Source: TPA_inf: Saccharomyces (taxonomy: Eukaryota). From it: a stretch of DNA of 64,000 nucleotides. This document shows, in pieces, positions 1 to 10,918 of this stretch; position 1 is the stretch's first letter; each line of letters starts with the position of its first letter. The translations under genes and the position numbers were made by a program. The notes below the pieces were generated by a model. That model was not told where the DNA came from, ran no database searches, and worked only from the letters and a program-made list of their open reading frames with translations. The stretch is from NCBI GenBank assembly GCA_000146045.2, contig BK006945.2, positions 256,001 through 320,000 on the forward strand, in the 5' to 3' direction.

Positions 1-1
1 G

Positions 2-1855
2 GAAGTTATTGATATTCCTGACATCACTACCCGTGTCCTAGAAGGGTTACTGTCTGCATACGAATTATCTATGGATAAACGATTACTTAACAAAGCAAAA
101 CATGTTGCAGATTTCATATTAAGATCATTTGATACCCCTAATAGAATTCCTATTTTGAAATATTTTTGGAAATCTGATCTGAGAAATCGATTTCCAGACC
201 GTACTGTTCCATCAGGTCAATTGACTACTATGGCACTCGCGTTTATCAGATTGTCACAGTTAACCCGTTTGAATAAGTATTTTGATGCTGTTGAAAGAGT
301 TTTCACCACTATACGTCAATCATATAACGAATTTGATATGGAGTTTATGCTGCCTGACGTCGTTGATGCCTCTGGTTGCCAGTTATTAACTCAAGAGGAA
401 ATTGAGAATGGTGCACACCTAAAGGGATCCAGCATCATGAAAAGTATCAATGAAAATTTCAAGTTCGTACACTGTCAGCAGTTAGGGAAATTCTTAAATC
501 CTCCAATAGATGATAATAGCCTCCAAGAACAATCTCAATACCAGGCTTATAGAATTAATGAAAAAACAGTACCCATTCTAGAAAATCTATTCAAAATCAA
601 TGACCTCTTCCAATCTTCTTATGATATCCTGGACGGCTCAAGTAAAAATGCTAATGCTGCAACGATGGACCCCAGTATTGGTTCAGAGGTAGAAGCAGTC
701 GACGAAATAATTGAGAAAAGAAACTTTAAAGACGGTACTAAAAAAGATTCGACAAAAAACACCGTAGGTGATAAATCATTAATAGACTCGCAAACGTTTT
801 TAACAAATTCCATCAGTAACATTTTTAAATTCATGACTTTTCGACCCATGTTGCCCAAGCAAACGGAAAACAAAAAGTTTAATTTTCTGAATTCCATTCT
901 AACAAAATCTCAATTCATGCCCACGACTAATGAGCTAGATGTCACGATAAGAAAATCTTACGATGTCTCGTTATACTCATGCAGACTTGGCGGCATTCTA
1001 GGTTTAAGTTCACGTGTTCCCCACCGAGGCGGTGTCAACACGAAATATATTTTACCATCGTCACTATTGGAAATGAGCGAAATAATAACAGAAAGTTGTT
1101 TTATGCTAATGGAGGAGTTCGACGGGCTGCTCCCTCAAAAATTCGAGTTGGACCCTTGCACTGATGAGACTAATGGGAATTGCGAGTTTAACGGCGAAAC
1201 TAAATCACGAATGATTGCCAACGGCGAATATGAAACTTTTGAAAATGACCTAGATGTCGGGATCAAAGTTTCGAATTATGGGAAAGGTGGGAATGACCAG
1301 AAAGCTAAGAGAAATGTACTAAGCAAAGATGGGATAACAGAGACTCAAAACATAAAAGGTGATACTGTTGGAAGCTCGAAATCGATTGCTGAAATAGACG
1401 GCGACGAAGTAACGCAAATACGTAGAGTTTTTACGCTTGGTAAGGATATCAAACCGCATATTACAACGGACGATACCATGGGTTCTCAGTGGAAAAACCA
1501 TCCAGACTGGCCATTTTGGGTCAACAAGGTAGAATCCAGAAGATTGTTGGATTCGAATATCATTGAATCTATATTTTATATGTACAGAATCAGTGGAGAA
1601 CAAAAATGGAGAAGCATGGGTAAGCAGTCTTTTGGAATCTTAATGCAAGAATTAATGGAACTAAACAGTGGTGCCAAAGGATTGTGGCAAATAAAGGAAT
1701 TTTATGAAAACGGTGAAAAAGTGAACAATGATTTACCTAGCTATTGGTTCTCCAGAACATTAAAATACTATTTGCTACTATTCAGCGATGGTGACAAGGT
1801 TTCCCTGGACAAACACATCTTAACTCAAGGAGGGCACATAATCAAAAAGAAATGA
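2..1855 (+). CDS. MNL2: GH47 alpha-mannosidase-like ER protein (ERAD of glycoproteins). 5'-truncated: the frame is open from the window edge and the true start lies upstream.
   Basis: Frame open from nt 2 (EVIDIPDITTRV...) continuous with the 594-aa tracked ORF. Recognised as YLR057W from translation and neighbourhood (SHM2 follows convergently). Confidence 0.85.
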   Translation, partial: EVIDIPDITTRVLEGLLSAYELSMDKRLLNKAKHVADFILRSFDTPNRIPILKYFWKSDLRNRFPDRTVPSGQLTTMALAFIRLSQLTRLNKYFDAVERVFTTIRQSYNEFDMEFMLPDVVDASGCQLLTQEEIENGAHLKGSSIMKSINENFKFVHCQQLGKFLNPPIDDNSLQEQSQYQAYRINEKTVPILENLFKINDLFQSSYDILDGSSKNANAATMDPSIGSEVEAVDEIIEKRNFKDGTKKDSTKNTVGDKSLIDSQTFLTNSISNIFKFMTFRPMLPKQTENKKFNFLNSILTKSQFMPTTNELDVTIRKSYDVSLYSCRLGGILGLSSRVPHRGGVNTKYILPSSLLEMSEIITESCFMLMEEFDGLLPQKFELDPCTDETNGNCEFNGETKSRMIANGEYETFENDLDVGIKVSNYGKGGNDQKAKRNVLSKDGITETQNIKGDTVGSSKSIAEIDGDEVTQIRRVFTLGKDIKPHITTDDTMGSQWKNHPDWPFWVNKVESRRLLDSNIIESIFYMYRISGEQKWRSMGKQSFGILMQELMELNSGAKGLWQIKEFYENGEKVNNDLPSYWFSRTLKYYLLLFSDGDKVSLDKHILTQGGHIIKKK

Positions 1856-1991
1856 AGTTAACGTTAGAAAAATCGTACGCACATACATACATACATATAG
1901 GTACATATATACATAATGAGAAGAGGAGAAAATGAATACTTATACAGTAATGTTTATTTTTTTGGGATTAAGTGTCGTTGTGGTGATTTCT

Positions 1992-3401
1992 TTACACAGC
2001 CAATGGGTATTCGCCAGCCCAGTCGTAAATTTCCTTTTTCCAGGTGTTCAAAACATCAGAGCCTTCGTCGACCTTGGCTTTGAAGTCCTTTAATCTACAA
2101 GCATCCTTTGGCAAGCTTTGTTGAACTTGTTGAGCGAATTCTACAGCCTTGTTAATGTATTGAACAATTCTGTGGAAATCTTCTTCACCCATTCCTCTAG
2201 TGGTCATGGCTGGAGCCCCAATACGGACACCACCTGGAACCAAAGCAGATTTGTCACCTGGAATAGAGTTTTTGTTCAAAGCAATGTTAATCTTTTCACA
2301 AATGTATTCAACACGAGCACCATCAACACCCTTTTCTCTCAAGGATACTAGAACCATGTGAGAATCGGTACCGTTGGAAACTAATCTGTAGCCCAAGTTC
2401 TTAAATTCACTTTCCAAAGCCTTAGCATTCTTCAAGACTTGAGTTTGGTATTCCTTGAATTCTGGAGTGGCAGCTTGCTTCAAAGCAGTGGCCAAAGCAG
2501 CAATGGTATGGTTGTGTGGACCACCTTGGTGACCTGGGAAAACAGAGAAGTTAATTGGGTTTTCCAAGTCGTATAGAACTTCCTTACCGGTCTTAGGGTT
2601 GATAGATCTCACACCTCTTCTGAAGAAAATCATAGCACCACGTGGACCTCTCAAAGACTTGTGAGTGGTGGTGGTAACGATATCAGCGTATTCGAAAGGA
2701 GATGGGATGACACCTGCGGCGATCAAACCAGAAATGTGGGCCATGTCTACCATCAAGTAAGCACCACATTTGTCGGCGATTTCTCTCATTCTCTTGTAGT
2801 CAATTAAACGACAGTATGCTGAAGTACCAGCAACAAGAACCTTTGGTCTATATAGGATGGCGTTCTTTTCTAAAGTATCGTAGTCGATAATACCGGTTTC
2901 TGGGTTAACTCTGTATGGGAAAGATTCGAAGTATGTGGAAACAGCAGAAATTTTTCTGTTTTCAGTAGCGTAACCGTGAGACAAATGACCACCATCTGGT
3001 AGGTATAGACCCATCAATCTTTCATGAGGCTTCATAATAGCTTGATAAACCTGCAAGTTAGCAGGAGAACCAGATAAAGTTTGGACGTTAACACCCCATT
3101 TGTCTGGAGTAACATGGAAAGCTTTCAAAGCTCTTTGTTGACATAGAATTTCCATTCTGTCAATGTGTTCATTACCACCGTAGTAACGAGCACCTGGATA
3201 ACCTTCAGAGTATTTGTTGGACAATGGAGTTCCAAGGGCATCGAAAACGGAGGTTGAGGTGAAATTTTCAGAAGCAATCAAATCGATGGAGTGCTTTTGT
3301 CTTTCAATTTCATCCTTGATAATGGAGTCCACTTCAGGGTCGGTGTCCACCAAATGAGAGGTGATCAACTTATGATGAGCGTCGGATAGAGTGTAAGGCA
3401 T
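1992..3401 (-). CDS. SHM2: Cytosolic serine hydroxymethyltransferase (PLP-dependent)
   Basis: 469-aa ORF, full SHMT fold, PLP-lysine motif TTTTHKSLRGPRG. Length matches SHM2. Confidence 0.95.
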   Translation of the reverse strand: MPYTLSDAHHKLITSHLVDTDPEVDSIIKDEIERQKHSIDLIASENFTSTSVFDALGTPLSNKYSEGYPGARYYGGNEHIDRMEILCQQRALKAFHVTPDKWGVNVQTLSGSPANLQVYQAIMKPHERLMGLYLPDGGHLSHGYATENRKISAVSTYFESFPYRVNPETGIIDYDTLEKNAILYRPKVLVAGTSAYCRLIDYKRMREIADKCGAYLMVDMAHISGLIAAGVIPSPFEYADIVTTTTHKSLRGPRGAMIFFRRGVRSINPKTGKEVLYDLENPINFSVFPGHQGGPHNHTIAALATALKQAATPEFKEYQTQVLKNAKALESEFKNLGYRLVSNGTDSHMVLVSLREKGVDGARVEYICEKINIALNKNSIPGDKSALVPGGVRIGAPAMTTRGMGEEDFHRIVQYINKAVEFAQQVQQSLPKDACRLKDFKAKVDEGSDVLNTWKKEIYDWAGEYPLAV

Positions 3402-3737
3402 GTTAAGGAGGATTCGGTTTAAGCTGTTATGCTTTGCTATGGGGTAGTATCTTTCGTAAAGGTTACACTAGAAGAAGGAAAGATTACTGAACGCAAACTA
3501 AGGGAAGCAAGTTCTGCATTATATATAAAACAAGATGAAGAAGACTCATGGTTCGGTCTAAGATGATTATGAATTTAAAAATTATACAGAGTAAAAAGCG
3601 AACATGAGAAACCCAAGAGATAGAGTCAAACCTTTATGGTCAAAGCAACCTGAAAGGGTCATTTCTCACCAGGAGTCATGTTTCGTGTGTGAAATATTTG
3701 AAAAATTTCACTTCTTTTTTCTTTTTTTTTTTCTACA

Positions 3738-4547
3738 TTAAAAATCGGTGCGTTGTCTTTTCAAAGATGAGGTAGATGAAGATGGTGACTCCGGCTGTTC
3801 AGATCCGATTGACTCGACCGACTCTGTTTCCTGTGGTGGCTTCAAGTAGTTGTCCATGTACCATTGCAATTGAGCTATGCTCTCTTTGATATCACTATAA
3901 GCAGTGTGGGCAGCTTCTTTTTTTGGATTACGTGCTTGTAAAGCGGGATTGTGTCTGCGGGCAACTTCCATGATGCTACTGACGTCAACTATTCTGTAAA
4001 AGAGATGATCAATGACCTTGGGAAACTCGCGGACCATGAACAAGCGGTCCATATGTACACTATTGCCTGCCAAGACGCCAACGTTCTTGTCTGGGATGTA
4101 GCGCTGGATGTACTCGAGCAGCTCATCTTCTACCTGGGCCAAAGTCTTCTCACTTGCCAAAACTTTGGCGGTGAGACCGCTATTACCGTGGTGCTCAATA
4201 CACCACTCGTTCATTTTGTTCATCACCTCGGGACCATAATGGATGACGCTCTCATAATGCGAGTCTCCTTGGCCATCGGCCGCTTTGACGGGTGCCAGGT
4301 GTCCATCGGTGATGATGCAGCAAATCTCGATAATTCTGTCATTCACGTGGTCTAAACCGGTCATCTCGCAGTCGATCCAGACCAAGGGTTTGAACAGCTT
4401 GGTTTTAAGTTCGGGTGTTTGCGCCATTGATTGCAGGTTTTGGATGGTTCGAGGACGTAAGTACTGTGAAACGGATCTTCTGTACAGCGAGAAGAGGTTT
4501 GGGCGAGTGCGAGCTACGATTCTTGCCGGAAACAACAACCACTTCAT
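3738..4547 (-). CDS. REX2: DEDD-family 3'-5' oligoribonuclease / RNA exonuclease
   Basis: 269 aa. DEDDh motifs (WIDCEMTGLD ... HTAYSDI). N-terminal presequence-like extension. Confidence 0.93.
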   Translation of the reverse strand: MKWLLFPARIVARTRPNLFSLYRRSVSQYLRPRTIQNLQSMAQTPELKTKLFKPLVWIDCEMTGLDHVNDRIIEICCIITDGHLAPVKAADGQGDSHYESVIHYGPEVMNKMNEWCIEHHGNSGLTAKVLASEKTLAQVEDELLEYIQRYIPDKNVGVLAGNSVHMDRLFMVREFPKVIDHLFYRIVDVSSIMEVARRHNPALQARNPKKEAAHTAYSDIKESIAQLQWYMDNYLKPPQETESVESIGSEQPESPSSSTSSLKRQRTDF

Positions 4548-4978
4548 CTTGATCTCTTCTGTTTATTTGTGAAAGCTCCTTTTCTTTTTTTTCATTTTCT
4601 TTGCAAATCGAAAAGTTCACACTGATTTTTTATTAGTTCTTTTAAGTGCCCAACTTGACAGGAAAAAGAAACACCCCAAAGGGAATACCAGTGTATGTAA
4701 GGCTTGAATTATACGTATGAGCATGCGTTTGATGGTTGTCGTCAGAGCCAGTGCTCTGAGAGTGTCCCAGATGACTACAACCCTTGTATAAAAGTACATC
4801 TTCTTGATTATTTATCACGACACACGAGGTGACCGATTATTCAGAATCGGTACCAAAAAAGAAAGAAAATTGAAGGAAATGAAAAATTTTCAATGTATTT
4901 CTCGAAAGCCTGGAGTTGATCAAATGTTCAAAAAATAGGGCAGAATAGCATAACACACATCAATAACACCGAGCCAGC

Positions 4979-6766
4979 ATGCCTACCGTCTCCGTGAACA
5001 AGCAGCAATTATTTGATCTTCTAGGCAAAAACTACACTTCCCAAGAGTTCGATGAATTATGTTTTGAATTCGGTATGGAAATGGACGAAGACACCACAGA
5101 GGAGGCCTTGAAAACCGGGGAGGAGCCGGAATTGAAGCTTGATATCAGTGCCAATCGTTACGATTTGCTTTGTATCGAAGGTATTTCACAGTCGCTGAAC
5201 GAATACTTGGAACGTAAAGAAAGACCTGACTATAAATTAAGCAAGCCAACCACTAAGTTGATCATCGACAAATCAACGGAGCAAATTAGACCTTTTGCTA
5301 CCGCTGCTGTATTGAGAAATATCAAGCTTAACGAAAAATCTTACGCTTCTTTTATTGCCTTGCAAGATAAATTACATGCCAATCTATGTAGAAACAGAAG
5401 CTTGGTTGCCATGGGTACTCACGATTTAGATTCAATTGAAGGTCCATTCCATTACAGAGCTCTACCACCAAAGGACATCAAGTTCGTACCATTGAATCAA
5501 ACCCAAGAGTTTACTGGTGACAAATTGATCGAGTTTTATAAATCTCCAGAACAGAAAAACAACATAGGGAGATACGTTCACATTATTGAGGATTCTCCAG
5601 TCTTCCCAGTTATTATGGACAGCAAAGATCGTGTTTGCTCCCTGCCACCATTAATCAATAGTGAACATTCGAAGATCTCTGTGAACACCCGTAACATTTT
5701 GATTGATATAACCGCCACCGATAAGACCAAAGCCGAGATCGTTTTGAACATATTAACTACAATGTTCTCACGTTATTGTGACGAACCATTCACGGTTGAG
5801 CCTGTAGAAATTGTCTCTGAACACAATGGCCAATCCCGTTTGGCGCCAAACTTCAACGATAGAATTATGGATGTCTCCATTAAGTACATCAACTCCTGTC
5901 TTGGCCTAGATCAATCCGCTGATGAAATTGCTCATTGTCTAAAGAAGATGTCGTTGCATGCCGTTCAATCAAAGGAAGACAAGGACATCTTGCACGTTGA
6001 CATTCCGGTAACTAGACCTGATATTTTGCACGCTTGTGATATAATGGAAGATGCCGCTGTCGGTTATGGTTTCAATAATTTGCCAAAGGGTGAGAAATTA
6101 TCCAATGCCAACTTCATTGCCAAACCATTACCAATCAACAAGGTTTCTGATATTTTCAGAGTTGCATCCTCTCAAGCCACGTGGGTTGAGGTTTTACCAT
6201 TGACCTTATGTTCGCACGATGAAAACTTTAAATTTCTAAGACAATCCGACAATGGTGATTTAGCTGTCAAATTGGCCAACCCAAAGACTTTGGAATACCA
6301 AGTTGTTAGAACCACTTTATTGCCTGGTATCTTAAAGACAGTCAAGGAAAACAGAAAACATTCCTTGCCAATCAAAGTCTTTGAAACCGGTGACGTTGTA
6401 TTTAAAGACGACAAACTAGAAAGGAAGGCGTACAATGAACGTCACTGGGCTGCCATCTACGTGGGTAAGAATTCTGGGTTTGAAATCATTCAAGGGTTAT
6501 TGGGTAAAATCATGCAAACTTTTAGAACAGAGTGGATTGCAGACTACGGTGCTGCTGCTTCTGGCAGAGGTTACTGGATTGAAGAAGACGATTCTGTGAA
6601 AACCTACTTCCCAGGTAGAGGTGCCAAGGTCATGTTCAGATCCAAAGAAGGCGCTGAGCCAAAGCAAATCGGCCACTTGGGTGTCTTGCATCCTGAAGTC
6701 ATGATGAATTTCGACGTTCCATTCGCTGCATCCTTTGTAGAGGTTAATGCCGAAGTCTTCCTATAA
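4979..6766 (+). CDS. FRS1: Phenylalanyl-tRNA synthetase beta subunit (cytoplasmic)
   Basis: 595 aa, canonical PheRS-beta translation ([17 protein letters not shown]...). Length matches. Confidence 0.95.
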   Translation: MPTVSVNKQQLFDLLGKNYTSQEFDELCFEFGMEMDEDTTEEALKTGEEPELKLDISANRYDLLCIEGISQSLNEYLERKERPDYKLSKPTTKLIIDKSTEQIRPFATAAVLRNIKLNEKSYASFIALQDKLHANLCRNRSLVAMGTHDLDSIEGPFHYRALPPKDIKFVPLNQTQEFTGDKLIEFYKSPEQKNNIGRYVHIIEDSPVFPVIMDSKDRVCSLPPLINSEHSKISVNTRNILIDITATDKTKAEIVLNILTTMFSRYCDEPFTVEPVEIVSEHNGQSRLAPNFNDRIMDVSIKYINSCLGLDQSADEIAHCLKKMSLHAVQSKEDKDILHVDIPVTRPDILHACDIMEDAAVGYGFNNLPKGEKLSNANFIAKPLPINKVSDIFRVASSQATWVEVLPLTLCSHDENFKFLRQSDNGDLAVKLANPKTLEYQVVRTTLLPGILKTVKENRKHSLPIKVFETGDVVFKDDKLERKAYNERHWAAIYVGKNSGFEIIQGLLGKIMQTFRTEWIADYGAAASGRGYWIEEDDSVKTYFPGRGAKVMFRSKEGAEPKQIGHLGVLHPEVMMNFDVPFAASFVEVNAEVFL

Positions 6767-6964
6767 TGTAATGTTCTAACAAAAATTTTTACTGATTTAT
6801 AAAACTTATATAGATAGATAGACACATATATATATCTATATATAGAAACACAACTAAAGTTTACCATGTTTTATATAATATTACTACCGCTACTGAGTAA
6901 ATGTTTAGCTTGTACTTAACTTTCAAAGACAGTTTTTTTGATAAACATCAGTACATTTAATAAT

Positions 6965-6978
6965 ACATCCATACATTT
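6965..6978 (+). promoter_or_regulatory. Rap1-type site ACATCCATACATTT, one mismatch from ACACCCATACATTT, about 215 bp upstream of the RPL22A ATG
   Basis: Seen directly. Rap1 sites upstream of RP genes are standard. Confidence 0.55.
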
Positions 6979-7193
6979 ATGTTAATTTGTTTTTCCTTTC
7001 CACCTCAGTGCGCTTCTCTTTTGAAAAAATCCTCAACAGGCCACGCGAACAAATCTTACCGAGAATTTCCTAAAATGTTTCAAACTATCATTTAGCTGCA
7101 TACAATATGTACATTATTAATTGAGATTAACAACTTTACCTGTACTTTACCGTTATCAAATTATAAACCACCAAAACAACAGATTAAGAAACA

Positions 7194-7948
7194 ATGGCCC
7201 CAAACGTATGATACTTTAAAAGGAATCCACGCCCGATTACGAAGTCTATGTTTTACTGTTATTGTAATGATTGATTGTACGCGAATAACAAGGAAGATAG
7301 TAAAACCAAAAAAAAAAAAATAAAAATGTACGAAACGAAGAAGCGTCTATGTGTTTAGTTGCTTTTCTGTATTTTAAAAATTCACTACTTGAACATTGAA
7401 CTCTATATCGACTCCCTTCTTTTTATCCGTTTCTGAATGTTTTTTTGTTTGAGATTGTCATATGTGATTGTTAATAGCAGTAGGCAACTTTGTGGTTTCG
7501 GGATTGAAAGAAAATCGTGAAATATTCGTTTTTTACTAACATTACTGTTCTGAAAATTTTTACTAATTTTCAATCTTTAATTTTTTTGATATAGACTTCC
7601 AGAAAGCAAAAGATTGCCAAGACCTTTACCGTCGATGTCTCTTCTCCAACTGAAAACGGTGTCTTCGACCCAGCTTCCTACGCTAAGTACTTGATCGACC
7701 ACATCAAGGTCGAAGGTGCTGTCGGTAACTTGGGTAACGCTGTCACTGTCACTGAAGATGGTACCGTTGTTACTGTTGTTTCCACTGCCAAGTTCTCTGG
7801 TAAGTACTTGAAGTACTTGACAAAGAAGTACTTGAAGAAGAACCAATTGAGAGACTGGATCAGATTTGTCTCTACCAAGACCAACGAATACAGATTGGCC
7901 TTCTACCAAGTCACTCCAGAAGAAGACGAAGAAGAAGACGAAGAATAA
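7194..7948 (+). CDS. RPL22A: 60S ribosomal protein L22A (eL22). Two exons: join(7194..7205, 7595..7948), 121 aa.
   Basis: Exon 1 ATGGCCCCAAAC (MAPN) runs into GTATGA. TACTAAC at 7534-7540. 3'SS TATAG|ACT at 7594/7595. Exon 2 is in frame with tracked ORF 7691..7948 ([22 protein letters not shown]...EEDEEEDEE). Confidence 0.9.
7206..7594 (+). other. RPL22A spliceosomal intron (389 nt). 5'SS GUAUGA (non-consensus at +6), branch point UACUAAC at 7534-7540, 3'SS UAG at 7592-7594. Contains an A13 tract at 7308-7320.
   Basis: Splice signals read directly. Reading frame is only restored with these exact junctions. Confidence 0.85.
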
Positions 7949-7954
7949 ATTCAT
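7577..7954 (-). CDS. BUD28: Dubious ORF lying wholly antisense to RPL22A exon 2 (125 aa, low complexity). Unlikely to encode a protein.
   Basis: Tracked 125-aa ORF on the opposite strand of the RPL22A coding region. Remembered as SGD dubious ORF YLR062C. Confidence 0.5.
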
Positions 7955-8076
7955 TAATATTATTTTAAATAGAGCATAAGTTTTGTATAATTAAAATCTT
8001 CTAAACCTAATAAATATGTTTAATGAATGATTCAATATCAAAAAAAGAAATCCATTGGGCCCTTAGTGCATTTTTA

Positions 8077-8102
8077 TTTTTTTTTTTTTTTTTTTTTTTT
8101 TT
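8077..8102 (+). repeat. Uninterrupted T26 homopolymer (poly dA:dT), about 55 bp upstream of the BMT6 ATG
   Basis: Counted directly from 8077 to 8102. Preceded by TTTTTA. Confidence 0.9.
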
Positions 8103-8156
8103 CTCTTTCTGAATTAGAGTACATCTCATCGCAGGGTCTCTTTTTGCACGTTTTTG

Positions 8157-9254
8157 ATGTTGCTTATGAGACGCTTTGCCTTTTTAACTTCTTCAGTATA
8201 TTTTAAATATATACCAATTTATTCACAATATCATTACTCTTCTCAGTTTCCAATTAACATGAATCCTAAAAAAGTGGCCCAATTGCCCGTTCACAATAAA
8301 TCAACGCTTCCACCACAGGAAATAATCGATCTTTTTAAAATAACATTCTTAGAAGAGCTATATCCAAAAGATCAAGACAATGAAAAGTCACCGTTAACTG
8401 AACAAATACAGGCGGTAAAATCTGACCTTTATAACAGAGATTACAATGCTGCTTTCAATAACGACTCGAAAAGAATAGCATATTGTTGTCGTTGGTCACC
8501 GTCCAGAGCAACAAGTTACGCATCAGTATTTGCACATTTCCCTGAGCTTCTAAAGATTATCAGATGCGAAATTGATGACAAGGACTCAAATGTGCTCTGC
8601 ATAGGTGGCGGCGCTGGTGGTGAGCTGGTTGCATTAGCGAGCATATTCACTTTATCGAGAGATTTTTCGTCTAAATTTGCCTCTGCTTTGAAAATAGACA
8701 ACGAAGTAAACAAAAAGCCTAGAAATTTAAACATACAACTAGTAGATATCGCCGACTGGTCCACAGTTGTTGAAAAGCTAACAGCTACAATAAAGTCGAA
8801 ATGGCTATATGGTGATTCAGAAGCAGAGTCATTTAACGTCAACTTTACCCACAAGGACTGCCTACAAATGACAGAGCCACAAGATATCAAGATATATCAA
8901 GGCCTCGACCTAATAACTCTACTTTTTACTACAAATGAACTATTTACACAGAAAAAAGTGGAGAGTATAAAATTTCTGCAACGGTTAAACGAGAACTGTG
9001 CCCCAGGCTGCCATCTTCTCATACTAGAGAGTGCAGGAAGCTATTCTCACATTACCATCAACAACAAGAAGTTCCCAATCCAATTTCTTATCGATACTAT
9101 CTTAGTAGGCAATAGAAAGGACAAGGGAACGACAGGTCCATGGTCACTAGTATCCGAGAACGACAGTATTTGGTATAGAATGGACCCAAAACTCGACTAC
9201 TCGATTCCATTGGAAAACATGCGATTCTTTTACCGTCTTTATGTCAAGAACTAA
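8157..9254 (+). CDS. BMT6: 25S rRNA (m3U2843) methyltransferase, Rossmann-fold SAM-dependent
   Basis: 365 aa from the first ATG (the track begins one codon earlier at TTG). GxGxG-like ICIGGGAGGE motif. Confidence 0.85.
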   Translation: MLLMRRFAFLTSSVYFKYIPIYSQYHYSSQFPINMNPKKVAQLPVHNKSTLPPQEIIDLFKITFLEELYPKDQDNEKSPLTEQIQAVKSDLYNRDYNAAFNNDSKRIAYCCRWSPSRATSYASVFAHFPELLKIIRCEIDDKDSNVLCIGGGAGGELVALASIFTLSRDFSSKFASALKIDNEVNKKPRNLNIQLVDIADWSTVVEKLTATIKSKWLYGDSEAESFNVNFTHKDCLQMTEPQDIKIYQGLDLITLLFTTNELFTQKKVESIKFLQRLNENCAPGCHLLILESAGSYSHITINNKKFPIQFLIDTILVGNRKDKGTTGPWSLVSENDSIWYRMDPKLDYSIPLENMRFFYRLYVKN

Positions 9255-9455
9255 CAGGCTTTATGACGTTTTACTGTTCTCTTTTCATTGTTCTTTTCTC
9301 GAAGAGTTTAGAAAAATTTTTTTTCTTCTCATCCACACCGAAAAAATATTAATAAGAGAGTTGAAAATTCGATTTGGAATCAGAAATAAAGAAGGGGCCA
9401 CGATCAAACAAGACTCATTTCGAATAATTGTAAAAAAAAATTAGCACAAAACAAT

Positions 9456-10277
9456 ATGACCGTTCCCAGGAATCGTCCCATGGCACCATTTGGCACCATT
9501 ATCAAATCAAGAATAAAACAACCCCAGTTTTATTGGTTTATAGGCCATTTTTTAACCATCTTTAACTTTATACAATTTCATCTTTCAATCACGTCCAAAC
9601 AAAACCAATTGTCATGCTATAGAAGATCATTATTTTACATATCCGTTACATATGCCATCGTTCTTTACCAGTTTTTCAAAAGTGACCAGTTAAAGTTCAA
9701 TTTTACGCTTTTGCGCCAAGAGATGAAGAAATTGGATAATTTGCAGTATTTTGCCATGCTATTCATACTTTTTCTCTTATCACAGTTTAACATCATAATC
9801 AGCGGCTCGTTATACAGTCCCGTTATCTTTTCAATCTTTCACTTCCTGAACTATTTTAAGGAAAACCTTTTGCCATTTTTGCCTTTGATACCACTTAATT
9901 TGAAAAATTTGTTGAACTCCAAAATAACGGTATTCATCCAAAACTACAATGGATTTTTCTTACAGATGGCGCAAGTATTTGAGATTATCTGCGGCCTACG
10001 TGTGGGCCTCTTCTTAGTGCCCTTCAATTTTTTCTTGTTGTTGGTAAGAAGAGCAAACGTGTCGTTTGAGGTAGTGGGTACAATGTTGGCAGGACTAACC
10101 TATGTATGGTTTTTCAAATTAAGGTACCTACAAAGTGAATCTATGAGGCAGATATTTAAACAATATGTCCTTAGGTTGGATGCATATGTCAGCCGTACTT
10201 TGCCCCCATATTGTTCCCGTTTATGGAACGGCTATAAGAATTTCGTTATGACAGTGTTTTGGAAGATACCTGTGTAG
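9456..10277 (+). CDS. PER33: ER / nuclear-pore-associated multi-pass membrane protein
   Basis: 273 aa, several hydrophobic helices. Position and length match YLR064W. Confidence 0.85.
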   Translation: MTVPRNRPMAPFGTIIKSRIKQPQFYWFIGHFLTIFNFIQFHLSITSKQNQLSCYRRSLFYISVTYAIVLYQFFKSDQLKFNFTLLRQEMKKLDNLQYFAMLFILFLLSQFNIIISGSLYSPVIFSIFHFLNYFKENLLPFLPLIPLNLKNLLNSKITVFIQNYNGFFLQMAQVFEIICGLRVGLFLVPFNFFLLLVRRANVSFEVVGTMLAGLTYVWFFKLRYLQSESMRQIFKQYVLRLDAYVSRTLPPYCSRLWNGYKNFVMTVFWKIPV

Positions 10278-10372
10278 CATGCTCATTTTAAGTATATCTA
10301 AATATTATTTTGTATATACTCACACTCCTCTATAGAAAGCAAAAAATTTCAAAAACGTTTGAAAAGCTTTGT

Positions 10373-10918
10373 TTAACGATACTTGTACTTAATTTTAGAG
10401 TCAGTTTCACCCCTCCTCTCCCTTTTCATCTGCCTTTTGGATTTGGATTGTCCCTCATTAGCATTTTTTGAGCGATTATCTGCCTGAGTTTGTTGAGCGC
10501 CAGGCATGAACATGTTTTTGAGGCCATATAACTTGTAACCAGCATAGATGGGGCACAATAGTAGACACCACCAAAATTTGAATGTCCTGAAAGCTATAAT
10601 ACCAATGTTACCAAAAAGTGATAGATATATCAAATCAAAAAAATATGATATCAAATTTGTATTGTCGTTCAAGTCTATACCTTGTTTTACTACGCGATTG
10701 CCATCATATTTGGGCTTACCGGATAGCACAATGATATACAGAGCAACGAACATAGGAACGTTCAAAGCCACCAGCTTAATCCATTGGCCAATTGTAACCT
10801 TACGTGAAATGAATAGACGTACGATAGCCATTCCTAAAAACAAAGAGACTTGCTTGTATAAGCCCTGAATTATTTTTGCATTTGAACTAGCCTGTTTCCT
10901 CCCTGCTTTGCCAGCCAT
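10373..10918 (-). CDS. ENV10: ER membrane protein, SRP-independent targeting component
   Basis: 181 aa with TM segments and a basic C-terminal tail. Matches YLR065C (SND2). Confidence 0.85.
   Translation of the reverse strand: MAGKAGRKQASSNAKIIQGLYKQVSLFLGMAIVRLFISRKVTIGQWIKLVALNVPMFVALYIIVLSGKPKYDGNRVVKQGIDLNDNTNLISYFFDLIYLSLFGNIGIIAFRTFKFWWCLLLCPIYAGYKLYGLKNMFMPGAQQTQADNRSKNANEGQSKSKRQMKRERRGETDSKIKYKYR

Noticed and set aside
9241-9444. 67-aa ORF between BMT6 and PER33
   Set aside because: Overlaps the BMT6 stop and an AT-rich promoter. Low-complexity translation. Spurious.
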